Part shown: positions 9,987-25,522 of the stretch, piece by piece | Numbering within the stretch: the stretch's first letter is position 1 | How the letters are laid out: each line of letters begins with the position of its first letter | Source of the DNA: Moniliella sp. 'wahieum' | Lineage: Eukaryota | DNA: 64,000 nucleotides | NCBI GenBank assembly: GCA_003971905.1 | Contig: RSEE01000040.1 | Location: 248,001 to 312,000 of the forward strand | Direction of reading: 5' to 3' | Notes under the pieces: generated by a model | Told to the model about the DNA's origin: nothing | Database searches by the model: none | What the model saw: only the letters and a program-made list of their open reading frames with translations | Made by a program: the position numbers and the translations under genes

Positions 9987-12900
9987 TGCTTTGTTCCTGT
10001 TCCTGCTCCGGCTGGCGCCCAGTTTCCTGCTCGTGGGAAGGCTCGCCCCCTCTTCCGTCGAAGGCGACGGCACAGAGGCCGGCGGGGGCTGCGCCTCGGT
10101 GGCCGGCACGGGGGCGGCAGAACGCGGCGGCGAGGGCGGGTCCATGTCCATGCCCACGTCCTCGTCCACGTCCATGTCTACGTCCATGTCCATGTCCTCT
10201 TGCTTGTCCTCTTGCTTGTCCTCGTGCTTGTTTTCGTGCTTGTCCTCTTGCGTGTCCGACGACGGCGCAGCGGCACGAGGCGCGTCCCGAGGTGCTGCCT
10301 CGGTCCCAGACGGCCCTCGAGCGTCCCCTGCGGGACTGGCGTCCCGAGCGCGGTCGTCGGCCCGGGTGCCGTGCGGCAGTGACGACGGCGTCGCTGGCTC
10401 CTGTTCCGGCTCGCGTTCCGCCTCTGGTTCTGGCTCTGGCTCTGGCTCTGGCTCTGGCTCCAACGTGGGCGAGTCGCGCAGCTCATCCGACTCTTCCGTC
10501 TGGCCGCGCGGGACGGGGACGGGCGTGGCGCGCTTCTTGCTCGGCTTGGGGGTGGGCTTGGGGGGCGGGGAGGCGGTGGGCACGCCCGCCACGGGTACGG
10601 GCGGCAGATCAGCCGCTTTGGACCCGCGCGGCTTGCTCTTCGTCCCCCCCGACGACCTCGGTTTCTTCGCTACGCTCGCCCCCGACGCCGCCGCATCCGA
10701 CGCGCCGCGTTTCTTGCTCCCCGGCCCCGAAGCGGGGGGAGGCAGACCCGACGCGGGAGGCGGTGCCACCCCCACGCTCATGCCCATGCCCATGCCCATC
10801 CCCGCACCGCCAGCGCCAGGCCCAAGAGCGCCGCTGCGCCATCATCTTCGCGCGAGCGCGCCGTGGTACGCACGGAAGACGTGAGCGGGGTGTCCGAGTC
10901 GCTCTCCCACCCGCCGCGGGGCTTGGCCGCCGGCCCAGGCGCCGACTTGCGCCCGGCCGTCTTCTTCTTGCCCTGTGCGGCGGGGGCTGCGGTCGGGGTC
11001 GGGGTGGAGGCCGAGGCCGAGGCCGAAGCCGAGGCGCGCGGCTTGCGTTTCCGGCCCGAGCCGGCGGCCGGCGAGGCGGGACCAAGCTCAGTTGCGCCTG
11101 CGCCCGGGCCGGACGGGGTCTTTTTGCGCGTGCGTTTCTTTTTGTCCTTGTCGTCCTTTTTCGTCTCGGCGCCCGGCCGGTACCCGCACCGGTACCCGCA
11201 CCCGCGCGCGAGGGCGACGACGCACCACCCACTGCTCGCTCCGAGCTTTCGGCCACCGACACGGCCGCCGAAGGAGGCCGGTGCACCGGTTCCGTTTCCG
11301 GCGGCCGCGGCGGGAAGAAAGGAGCGCGACCGAGGCCCATCGCCCCTGACCGAGCTCCGCCCGGCGGCGGGCAGGGGACGAGGCCCAGTCGGCTCGGCTC
11401 GGATCGAGCGGCGGCGGCGCATCGTACCCGCCCGCGGGTAGGGCGGCGGCGGGAAGGAAGACGGAGAGCCATATGGCGGAGGGTAGGCAGCTGCGGATGG
11501 AGCGGAGGCGGGGGCGGGCCCATGGGGTGCGAGCTGCCGAGGCGATGAGATCCATCTGCCGGACGCGGCGCGCCCAGGGCCGACACGCCCGGCGGTCCCG
11601 AGGGCGCGTACGCCGGTCGAAATTCGCGCTCGGGCGGCGGGAAGCGGTGGAGGTCCATGCTGGGGTGCTCATGCTGCGGAGGAGGTAGTCGGACTCGGTA
11701 GAAGGAGGGTAGCCGTTGGAGCGTCGCGGAGGAGGCGGGAGCAGAGGACCGTTGCGCCCGACGGGAGGCGGCGAGGCAGGCGACGCATGCAGGCCATTGG
11801 CCACAGCGGCCGAGGCCGTGGGCAGGGGACTGTAGTCGCACACCGACGCCGGTGCCCGAGCCGAGGGCGAAGTGGATTCCGCCGGCTCCCCTGGCGCAGC
11901 GCAGCAATGCGTTTCCTGAATATAAAGGTTGTTGGGTCCAGGTTGAGAGCGCGCATGTACGCGTCGAGCGCGTCGGCGCGCTGTGTTGCACGACTCGTAG
12001 AGGTGGCCCAAGTCGACCAGATCTCGGGGATGTCGGGGTGAGACGAATGGCGCGCGAGTACGCGTCGAGCGCGTCGCGGTACTGGTGGATGGTGTAGCAA
12101 TGCGCCGATGGACGACCAAAATTCGGGATCCTTGTTGTTGCGGTACACGGCTTGCTGGTAGGCCTCGTACGCCTTTTCGTAGTTGTTCGAGGCCATGTAG
12201 GCGCGTCCGAGGAAGTACCAACTCTTGGCGTCGTCGGCGTCCGATTCGAGCGAGGCAGTCAGCAGCTCCACCGCACGGTCTTGGTCGGTGAAGCCAGTGT
12301 GGGGCTGGTGGTAGAGCCAACCCAGCTGTTGGAGCACCTTGGCATGGGTCGGGATGCTGGCCAGCACATTCTCGTACGCCTCTTTGGCGGCCACAAACTG
12401 CCGGTCCATCTCGCACACATGGCCGATTTGGAACCAAATGTCGACCTGGGTCAAGGGAGGCGGTGGGTTGGGGAGGATGTAGCGGAAGCACTCGTTGGAG
12501 GCGGCGTATTTCTCCTGCTGTTTGTAGATGATGCCGAGGCGGAAGTAGATCTCGTTGGCCTTGTCATAGTCGGGGTCAATGCGGACGACGGAGGCAAAGG
12601 CCTCCTCGGCATGGTCCAGACTGCCGTATCGGTCGTAGAGGATGCCAATGCCGTACCAGAGGCGGGGCTCTTTGGGGTTGGGGAGGTGGTAGAGGGCTTG
12701 CTGGTAGGCCATGTAGGCCTTCTGGAGGTCGTCGAGCATCAGGTAGCAGTGGCCCAGCGCGCCCCAGGCCTCGCCGTCGTCGGGGGCGAGGGCGAGGGCC
12801 TGCTGGAAGGCGTCGACGGCGAGGGGGTAGTCGTCGTTGGCGCGGTGGACGGCGGCGACGCCCTTGAGGGTGGGGACCGAGTGGGGGTTGTGGCGGAGCG

Positions 12901-13047
12901 CGTGCTGGTACGCATCGAGCGCCTCGGCGGAGGCGGCCATGGCATCGCGGCGCTGGCGATGGCGAGCCAGGCCTGCTCGTTGGCGGCGGCGAGGCGGGCG
13001 GCAGCGGGGTGGGGGGGGGTGGGGGGGGCGGGCGGCGGCGGGAGCAT
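9367..13047 (-). CDS. SSN6: General transcriptional corepressor Ssn6/Cyc8 (TPR repeats) with long P/E/Q-rich C-terminal tail; 3' end approximate
   Basis: ANEQAWLAI; WGALGHCYLMLDDLQKAYMAYQQALYHLPNPKEPRLWYGIGILYDRYGSLDHAEEAF; NEIYFRLGIIYKQQ; SWYFLGRAYM; YEAYQQAVYR. Confidence 0.93.
9907..9984. repeat. (CTGCTC)13 microsatellite, poly-EQ in the Ssn6 tail; flanked by degenerate 12-nt PEQE repeats (~9640-9850)
   Basis: Direct count of perfect CTGCTC units. Confidence 0.95.
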
Positions 13048-14265
13048 GGCCGGGGGGGGGGTGGGGGGGGGGGGGCACGCGGACGGAGGGATGGTTGAGC
13101 GGAGGAGGGAGGATGGATGATGGATGACGGCGGGGGCTGGCAGCTGAACTTGGGAGCGCAGCTGAGCTGGGCTGGTGTGCTGCGTTGGGGCCACCGCCAG
13201 ACAGCCGGCGCAGGGCACGGCGCCTGTGTGCTGCTGCTCTGAGAGGGCGATGGGGTCGCTGATCGTCAGCGGTGGCCTGCAGGTGCGAGCATGCGCGGCT
13301 GGGCGGCAGCCACTGTGGTGTGATGCCGGCCCTGGCCTGTCCCAGCGCCCGCCTGGCCCAGCGCCCGCCTGGCCACCGTGTCACCCTGGCTGCCACCTGT
13401 CCCATGTGCCCCCCGCGACCAGCACCTGGCCACCCCCCGCCTCGCGCCACCCACAGCGCCCATCGTCCAACGCTTCCCACTGCCAGCGCTCGTCCATTGG
13501 GGCAGCTGTCCTGCTGGTACAAGCGGCCGCAGCACAACATAACGTGTAACATGCAACCGGTAACCCGCTCCGGCAGGAACACTTGCCACCTTGACACATG
13601 CCGCTTAAACCGTACAAAAGCTTCCACTTGCAGCTCGACTGCCGAGAGCGTGAGAGCCTGCGAGATCTGAACTGGCCCAGGCGAGAGTCGCGACGCAACG
13701 ACGGGCGCCAGACACGCCCAGGCGGGCGAGGCGGAGAAAGCGGACAGCAAGGCAGCCCACGCCTCAACGTTCAACCGACGATTTGACTACGCTGTCCTCG
13801 TGCGGCTGCGACGGCGGGGCTTGGCCGGGGTTGCCCCCACTAGCCACTAGCACACTCGGCCACGCTGCCTACGCGCCTACACGCCTACGCCTACGCCTAC
13901 GCCTACGCCCATCCGACGCCCCTGGCCTCCGCATCAGCCATGCGCACACCAGCACATCACGCGACACGCCGCCACTCCAGCGCTGCCCAGCTGCGCTCGG
14001 CCGGTGCGCAGCTGGCGCAGCCTCACACTGCCCCCGCGCCCACGCCCCCCCAAATCCGCCCCGGGCACCAGCACGCCCTCGGCCCTCGGCGCCCTCTTTC
14101 CGCCCGCCGCAGCCGCGTGCCCAGGCGCTCCACCACGGGGCGCTTGGCTGTGCGTTGGCCGTTGCCCGTTCCTTTCCCTCGCCGCCGTCGCCCCGCCCGC
14201 CGTCGCCCCGCCCGCCGCCCTCATGCCGCCCCCTCCGCGCCGCAGCCACACCATTGCGCCGCCCC

Positions 14266-17200
14266 ATGGCCGACCGCCATCCCGCACCCACCCTCGCCCA
14301 CGCCCCCTCCTCCTCGCCCTCGCCCTTGCCCGCACCCGCACCCGCACCCCGCCCTGGGCCTTCCACCCCACCCCCTCCCCCCCCCCTCGGCCACCCTCGA
14401 CCCCCACCTGGCTGCCGTCTTTGCCGCCATCCCCGATGCCGCCGCGCTGGCCGTCGCCTACGACGCCGCGCGCCCCACCCGCGCCACCATCCCCACCGCC
14501 CCCTTCTGGCCTTCCGCCGCCGCAGGGCCTCGGTACCCCGGCGCCGCCCCCACCCTGTCCGCCAGCCCACCCAGTGGCCGTGCGCCCGGACGTCCCACTC
14601 CGCCGAGTTCTGCCAGCAGCAGCTTCAGCCTCCGCACCACCAACACCAACCCCCTCTTCCCGTCCACCACCCGCGCCCAGACCCTCGACCTCCACCCGCG
14701 CCCCCCTCCGCCCGGCGCCCCGTTGGATCTCCCCTGGGCCCCGTCCCCGCCCCCCACCATGCTCACCGCGAGCCCGACGAGGCAGGCGATATGCTTTTTG
14801 GCACCGGCGCTGGCGCTGGCGCTGCCTCGGCCCCTGGCTCGTCCCCTTCTCCCGCTCCCACCGGCACACCGCCTCGGCGGCGGCGCCCGGCCCGCCCCGG
14901 TCGGCTCCGCCCCGTGCCACATGGCCCGTGCGCTGACATACCACAGCCACACCGTCCCCTCACACTCTCCGCGCGCGGCTGCGACAGCCGCAGCATCCGC
15001 ATCGGCTACCGCCGCCAGTGCCTCGGAAACGCACCCGGCCCCGGTCCCCAGTCCCGGCGCTGGCGACGATCTCGCTCGCTCTCCTAGTGGCTACCCTCTG
15101 CCTCCCTCGTCTTCGACGAGCAGTGCCAATGGTGGAATGGGTGCCATTGGCTCCCGGTTGACCTCCCGGCCGACCCTGCCAGCACGCTCCAAACCTCCTG
15201 GCCGATAACTTGGTGCATGCCTTGGGCAGCGTCAGCTTAGCGCCTCCAGTCCGGGATTGGGCCGAGCTGCGTCGATGCGGCTGCCCTCGCGGCGTACCCC
15301 CTCGGGACCGTCCGGAGCGTCGGCGGTGCAGCACGGAGGATCGCCTTCGCCGGTTCGCTTTCGGGCTACGGCGGCTTGGTGGCCGAGCCGGATCAAGTGG
15401 CGGAATTGGCGGGGTCGACGCCGTCGCCGCCGCCGCCGCCGCCGCGCGCGGGCGCCAGCGGTCCGACGGGCCAACTCGCTTCACCTTCCTCCACCACCAC
15501 CAGTCAGTCCGTCTCCCTACCTTCGTCCCGAACCGCCGCCACCGCGTCCGCCCCAACATGCTGCCACCCTCATGCCTGGCGTCGGGCAGGGCGGGATGGA
15601 TGGGTTTGGGTCGAGTGCTTCTCTTCGCCCGTCTCGTCGGCGTCGGTGGCCCCCGGGGGGCAGACGCGCGCGCGATTGGCATGCGGCTCACCACCTCCCA
15701 TTTGCCTACAGGCGGCCATGGAATTGTGTCGGCCGCCGCAGCTGGGCCTTCGCATTCGCTTCTGCCCGACCCCAATCGGGAGAGGCACCGTACGGTCCGA
15801 TTGGCAAATCGCACTACCCACCGCCCTCGCACACGCTGTCTCCCCTTCCACGCCACCGCCCGCGGCGCACTCGGACGAGATGCCTAGCAACTTGAGCGAC
15901 GCTCCTCCCCTGGCGAACGCCACGGTCACGTCGGCCGCACCGAGTGCGGCCCCGTCGTACCCGTATGGCTTTGGTCCCGCCCTCGTACCGCTACCCGCCC
16001 ACGCTGATGGGGGGCCTCAACCCGGGGCCCACTGCCACCTGGCTTCCGCCCTCGACCACCGCCGCCTGCCGCACTACCCGCCGGACCTGTCGCCGGTGGC
16101 TCCCCGCTTTTGGGGCCGTCTTCTACCGCTGTCGCTGCTCTACCGCTGTCACCCCCGCCCCGCCGCCGCCGACGCCTAGCCTCACGACGGCCGGCCCGGC
16201 CAGGGGCAGGCCCGTCAACGGCAACCGAACGTTTCCTCGCTCCCGCACCGCCCGGGACGCGCTACTTTGTGATCAAGTCGTTTACCGAGACGATGTGGCC
16301 AAATCGCTCACCCATCGCATTTGGGCCAGCACGAAAAGGGCAACCTCCGTTTGGACCGTGCGTTCCGGGACACGAAGCGACCGGTTTCGGTTGCCGCTGC
16401 GGGTGCGGGTGCCGGGGCGTCGTCCGAGCCGAGGCGGTGGCAGCGGCGGCGGGGCCGGGGGAAGTGGTGTCGGGCCCGCGATTTGGCTCTTGTTTTCGTG
16501 AATGCGTCGGGCCACTTTTGTGGCGTGGCGGAGATGCGGTCGCCGGTGGACTACGAGACGTCAGCGACGGTGTGGCGCAGGAATAAGTGGAAAGGCACGT
16601 TTTCGGTCGAGTGGGCGGCGGTGAGGATGTCCCAACGCCACGTTTCGCCACTTGCGCCTCACCAATACGGCCGAGCAAAAGCCTGACCCAATCGCGCGAC
16701 ACGCAGAACTGCCGACCCAGGCTGGACTCACCATGCTCCACCTCTTTGCCGAATACCGGGCCAAGACGTCCCTTGTTGCATGTAGAGTACTACGCTGCAG
16801 CACCGCCAGCCGGCCGGGCGCCTACCGCTTGGGCACCGCCCCGCCCTGATACGGCGTTGCAACCTGCCTCATCCCTCTCTGTGCCGCCGCAAGCACAAGC
16901 ACAAGCACAATCACCAAGCACAATCACAATCACATGTGCCAGCTCAAGCCCAGCCCAGTCCAAACGCCCGACCAGGACCGGTGCGCCCGCCGGCTGGCAA
17001 GCACGACGCCCGTTGGGAGCCACGCGCATGCCGGCGGAGCGTTTTGGGCCGCCGCCTGGGCCTGCGTACTCGGTCCCACCCGAGTACGCGGCGGCGATCG
17101 CGACGGCGCAAGCGCAACTGCAAGTGGCGCAGGCGCATGCGTTGGCGCACGCCCAAGCGCACGGCTACCCGGCCTACGCGGCCGACGTGGGCGCCGCCGC

Positions 17201-17440
17201 ACGCCTCGCGGCGCCCTTGCCGCCGCTGGCCAACTTGCCCGGCATGCAGGGCATGCAGGGCATCCAAGGCATCCAAGGCATGGCCCCGGGCCTCTTCCCG
17301 CCGCCGCCTCCGTTTGGCTTTGCGCCCCCGGCGCCCGGGGCCATGGCACCGAGCTTGCCGGCTCGCCTGCGCCGTCGGCGTCGGCACCACGTACGCCGCG
17401 CGTGCGCATGCGTGGGTACGCGGCGGTGGCGCAGCGCTAG
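14266..17440 (+). CDS. YTH-domain RNA-binding protein (YTHDF/Pho92-like) with low-complexity arms; domain ~16255-16780; ends approximate
   Basis: Reassembled across frameshifts: [10 protein letters not shown](D)[23 protein letters not shown]...[36 protein letters not shown]...TQSRDTQ. Confidence 0.85.
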
Positions 17441-17846
17441 TCCTTCGATCGCGGGACGGGGGATGGGAGGAGGAGGAGGAGTAGATGGAGAATGAGACTG
17501 CGAACCGAGCAAGGTGGGGGCGGACAGGCGTGCGTGTAGGCAGGACCCACTGGCGGAGTGGTGCAAGTGTGAAGTGATGTGATGTGTGTGGGGCGTTAGG
17601 TAAGCACAGGGACGCAGGGCTGGCTCGTGGCTCGTGGGCAGCACTGGCGCCGTGCGGGCGGCGGGCGGCTGCCGGGGGGCGGTGGTGATGGGTGACGGGT
17701 GACGCAGCCCCCGTGGCGCTGTGCGTCTCCGCGTCCCGCGCACTCCCCCTCGCCGCCTCACCAGCCTCACCAGCCTCACCAGCCTCACCACGCCCGACGC
17801 CCCGCTGAGCGTCTGGCCGCCCGCCGCCCCCACCCCCACCGCCGCC

Positions 17847-19790
17847 ATGCCCGCCTCCACCGCCGTGGCCGTGGCCAGCACCTCCCTCGGCCCACCCCCT
17901 CGGCCCGCCCCTCCGCCGCAGCGTCTCTCGCCCCACCGCAAGCCCGTCCCGTCCCCGTCCCCGTCCCCCGCCCCGCCCCCTGTCCCCGCCCTGCCCCCGC
18001 CCCTGCCTCCGCCCCTGTCCGCCCCCGCCTCCGCTTCCCCCCGCGCACCCTCGCCCCGCCCGCCCGCCGCGGGCCCGCACGCGTCCTCCGTCTCCTATGC
18101 CGCCGTCGCTGCTGGTCGCGCTCATCCGGCGCCCCTCCGGACCCCGACCCCGCCCCATGCCCTCCCTCCACCCTCCCTCGCCTCCTCCGACTCGACCGTG
18201 CCCGCCCCCCCAATTGCCATGCAATCCGCACCGAACTTGCGGCCGTCGCAGCCGGCGCGCACCGTCCCCACCTCCGCGGCTGAGCCTCCACTGGGCGCAC
18301 CGAACGGATCAGCGTACGCGCGCCGCACGCCCGGCCCCGCTGGCGCCAGCTCGGGCAGGAGGATCTTTGATCGGCGGTTCAATGCGTCGACGGACAATGT
18401 GTCGCTTTCCTCGCGTCTGTCCATCAGTTCTACCATCTCCACTGCCTCGGCTGCGTTCCGCAAAGCCGCCCGGCTCGGCTCGCTCGCCAAAAAGTCCCGC
18501 AGCCTCTTCCGCTCAGCCTCCACCACCCAGCTCAACCAACCACCGCCGCACGCGCCGCTCGACTCGGTCCCCGATGCCTCCCAGATCGAGCGGGGGCAGG
18601 GGCGCAACCAGCACCAGCGCCCGAGGTCAAGGGTCCCCGGCGGTGGGCCAAAGCATTGCGCAAAGCCGGTGCCTCTGCCTCTGCCTCTGCCTCTGCCTCT
18701 GCCTCTGCCCCGGCCGCCGGTCTCACCTCCGGCCCACACCCGGCCTCGGCCAGCGGCGCGCCGGCCCCCGATCCTTTGCCGCTGCCGCTGCCGGTGCGAC
18801 GCGCGGGCCTGCCGCCCAGCACTGCGCCCGTGGGCTTGACTCCTGCGGAGCTGTACCGGCGTCAAGTGGCGGAGCGGACGGATCTGGGCCAAGGCCTGCC
18901 GCGGCGGGACACCGAGGTGCGTGAACGGGAACGGCTCGAGCCGAGGCGGGGCGAGTTGCCGAATGCAGAGGAGGAGGAGGAGGAAGATTCGGACGATGAG
19001 CTGGGCGATCCGTTGGCCGGGTCGGTACCGCTCAACTCGGCGGCGCTGCGGGCGCTAGCGCAAGCCGAGCGAGCACGACCCGCACCGGTTCGCGCTCCCG
19101 CTGCGCGGGCATCGCAAGACCGACTCGGGCGAGTCGTACCCGCCTCTGGATGGCGAGCCTCCGCTCGCGCAGGCAGGACAGGAGGAGGTGGACCTGGACC
19201 AGGTGGCGGACGAGTTGAATGCGCGAGGCGGGTGGGACCAAGGCTGGGACGATGGCGCTTCGGCCCACTCCTCGTCCTCCCTCACGCCCTATGCGCACGA
19301 CGAGGAGCGTGCCGGCCAAGCGCTCGAGCTCAAACGCTGGGCGCAGGCCTTGGCCCTCTCCCGCCACCGCGCCGCCGAAGAAGCTAAGCTCACCCCGCCT
19401 CGACCGATTTTGAAACACGCCAACTCCACCTCGGCCCTTGCGCCCGACGCGGCGGCGCCATCGCTCGCGCACCCCGACCCGCGCTCTCGCTCCACCAGCA
19501 ACGTCGCCAGCGCGCTCCTGCCGCGGCTCGGCGTACCACTCAGCACGAGTACCGGGACCAGTGCGAGTGCGGGTGCGAGTGCGAGCGGTGGCAAAGTGAT
19601 GTTTTCCGATGCGGACCGCACGCATGCCACGTGGCCGGCAGACGTGTACGATCGCCGCGGCGCCCCGTCGACCTGCAACTTGCTCACGCCCCAACTCGCC
19701 CAGCGCATCAAGGAGGAACTCAACACGTTCAAAATGGAGGAGATGGTCGTCGCTCCCTCGTCCCGAATCTTTACCCAGTTTTTTGTCTGA
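17847..19790 (+). CDS. Bni4-like PP1 (Glc7) targeting protein; start approximate
   Basis: C-terminal KVMF (RVxF-type motif) followed by TWPADVYDRRGAPSTCNLLTPQLAQRIKEELNTFKMEEMVV..SRIFTQFF, the Bni4/phactr-type C-terminus. Confidence 0.8.
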
Positions 19791-22042
19791 TGTCACATGG
19801 GGGACGTCGCATGTTGCGTGTCTTGCGCCCATGTCCCAGCCTCACTTCGCCTCACCTCGCCTCACCTCGCTTTGCTCTGCTTTGCTTTGCTCTGCTCTGC
19901 TTTGTTTTGCTTTGCCCTCCATTTTTTTGCGTGCCAACCCCGGTTGGTACCCGTGCGGTGGGCTGGGGGGCGGGGGGCATCGTTGTTCCGATACCAGCTC
20001 CTTCCCACAACCTATAGGGAACGTAGACGACCCCTCCCCCCCCCCCCTCCCACCCTTTGCCGCGCTCGGGATTGCCTCCAAAAGGCCATGGCCATCCACA
20101 GCTCGGCGCCCCAGCGTGTGCGACCCTGACATTACCTTCCTTCCCTGCCATTGACGCCTGTTGACCGTTTTCCCCCCTTTTTTTACACCGCCCCCCCCCT
20201 CCCCCACCGCCTCTCCCTTGTTCTTTGCCCCTTTTCCCCTGCCCCACTTTCCCCCACCACCTCGTTTGAGCTGCTGCGCCATTTTCCACGACCCCCCACG
20301 CCCCACTCTTTTGTCTTTTGTCTTTTTCTCCCCCTGGCATAATCACCCCCATACACCTAGCTGCTCCTCCTCTCGCCTTTCTAGCCATTAGCCTCCCTTG
20401 GCCCGCACACCTGCCGAGCCAATGCGTGGGTTCAAGCCTGAGCACGCGGTGCAACGGGGCACGTCCCAGCTGCGGCCACCTGCGTCCGACCCTCCCCTCC
20501 CGCAGCTAGTACCCCCCCCCCGCCCTCCTGCCTGGCCAAGTGGCTCGATGGCCCACCGGTACTGCCCCGACCACCCCGGGTGGTACCATCATTCCCAACC
20601 GATAGAGTGTACCAGCGCCTTCCAGCGTCTCTCCCTGTGTGTGCTTTGGTGTCTCTCTCCTCTCGCACTCGCTCTCCCACTCGCACTCACTCTCGTTACC
20701 CTTCTTCGCCTCCTTCCCCCTTCTCGCAGCTCCCGGACGTGGTGAATGAATGGTGGCGTGCGGGGCCAGGTGGCTCGTCACCGTTTCGGCTTGGTTCGGT
20801 CGTCGATCAGATCGATGATTAAGATGAATGGTTCGCGTCATAGTGGGATGCATGGCACAGGTCGCGCAAGGCGGGCACATGACAGCCAGGCAGAATTCCA
20901 AGCGACCCCCCCCCCTCCCGAGCGCGGTTGTGGTTGGTCCGTGAATATGGAATCAGGATGGAGCCCTCACGCGCTGGGAGGGCACCCGGGACCAAGGTGG
21001 AGAGCTGGACGGAGTTGGTCAGATATGGACCGACTGGTAGCTGATGCCGATCCTATGTTGTGCTGGGTGAGCTTGGGACTACTATACAGCTGTGCGTTCC
21101 GCAGGGTTGGGTTCCCCTCGTTGCGCTGTGCACCTCATTGGGAGGCGCGGGGGGCGGAGGGACGTGATTCGGGGCGCGGGACGGATCGACGCTCAGCGCT
21201 CAGCCGCACAGCCTTGGTCGGGTCAACGCTCGGTGTTGGCGGCGGCTTGGACCACTTGGGCCAGAGGGCGGGGTCCAATCCATATCTCCTTGCGCGGGCG
21301 GTTTCCCATCCTGTCCAAGTGGGCTGTGATCCGCGAGTGCAATCAATAGAGACGCTAGAGAAGAATATTGAAAAGTCGGTCCAACACCCGCACGAGTGAA
21401 CCACCATGGTGGGGAAAGAGACATGACGAGGACCAGCAGGGTTATAGACCTCTGAGATCTGACCATTGATCTCATGATGTGGTCACCAGCGTTCGGCCAG
21501 TTCGGGTGGGTGTGCATCCAGCCCGCTTGGATCCTTATTCGACCCGTACTCTCACCCCACAAAAAGAAGAGAAAACGGGCAGCAGCTATATCTGCCCCAT
21601 GAGTACCATGAGTAGTCGTTGATGGTGTGCATGTTCTCCTCCTTTGGCCGTGTAGTCGAGCCACTAGCGTACAGGTCCCAGAGGAGAGGCAAGGTAGCCG
21701 GGTCCAGGCCCTGGGGTTGCGGGGATGGCCTGTGATGGTATGGTACGGCATAGGGCCTTACATCGTTCAGGCAGCTCTCGGCATGGGCGGGTGATTTGGC
21801 AGGCGGGTGCGGGGATGGCTGCCACAGCACGGCAGCAAGCGATGGTGTACCCACATTGGACCAGCAGCTATGGGGTGCATCTGGAGTATATCCCCGGTGT
21901 GTAGTGTGCATGGAAGAGAGGCCGGCAGCCCACCACGCCATCTGCATCTACGCGCCGCGCACGGGCCCCTCCCACTGCGCCAGTGCCCCGTGCCCGGCGA
22001 CACCGCAGCGGAACCAGCGGCGGAACCAGCAGCGAGGCCTGA

Positions 22043-23884
<1,842 letters not shown>

Positions 23885-24569
23885 ATAAGCACTCAGCCAT
23901 GCCCCTCTTGTTCTCCCGTGGGAGTGACAGGCGCGCATCGTCGAGCGGTTGCCAGTTGGGTCGGCCGTGTCCCATGTCACGGTTCCGAATCTTGATGTAT
24001 CTTGCTTTCGTTTCAGGATCCATGCATTCTGCCCTCTTCTAGTGTTTGCGATGCGTACTACAGACAGGTCAGCGGTCAGCCAGCCCTGCCCCCTTCGTTT
24101 GGCCAGCCGTCGCCATTTCCGCTAGCATAACCCGTCCCAGTATGGACAGTGGATCTGAGATCCGAGATCCCCCTGGCAGGCCCGACAGTCACGCGAAACC
24201 AGGCGCCGTGCGGTGTGACGGTAGATGCGTCTCGAAATGATCAGATGCCGCGCAAAGAGGAGGAGGAGCACGACGTGGAGCCACTGTGCCTTGGTGGATA
24301 CGAGGGGCGAATTGCCCAGCTGCAACGCGCCACGCAGCCGAGCAGGATCGAGCTTACGTAACCCACGCGGCTATCTCACACGATGCGACGCAGCTGCTGC
24401 GGCCGATGGCCAGACCACGACCGGCCCCCAGCCTGATTGGCCCCGATGCAACAGGATCCATTCTGCCTTGCCGCCCCTCCGCGAGCGTGGGCTACGGTCT
24501 ACAGCACGTGGGACCAAGGGCTGGATAGAGGTGGGGAATATACAATGCGCGCAGAGCGAGGCTGACAGG

Positions 24570-25037
<468 letters not shown>

Positions 25038-25522
25038 TTAGATCGCCGCACGCAGGCAGAGGCAGGTAGGACGCAGGTGGGGCACGTACGTTCCAAGTGT
25101 CCGCAACGGTGGTAGTGGTAGGTGGTGGTGTGGTGTGGTGGTGGTGGTGGGTGGAACGGGGCGTGGGCTGCGCCATACGCACTCGTCTGGGCTTGCCAGC
25201 TGCTCTGAGCCAGCGTCGGCGCTGGGCCACCGCTAGGGTTGCCCCTGTCCCGGGCACAGCGGCGCTGTTGGTGGACAGTGCCGGGTGGGTGCGCGTCGAC
25301 ACGGAGACACTGCCCCCGCGCCAGGCAGCCGCGACGAAGCAGCCCGAACTGGCTCGATGAGTTTAACTTTCAATGTTGCATCTTGTCTCGCTTGCGTGCC
25401 CATTTGCCCATTGCTGCGCAAGCGTCACTACCTCCTCCTCCGGTCGCAACCTCCTCCTTCGGCCCAGCGCCCGGACGCAGGCGCAAGGCACGCCCAATCG
25501 TATCGTAGCATCATATTTCTCG

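Noticed and set aside
9398..11548. 716-aa Cys/Ser-rich + strand ORF and other long GC-rich ORFs in the track
   Set aside because: Antisense or alternative-frame shadows of low-complexity real genes such as the Ssn6 tail
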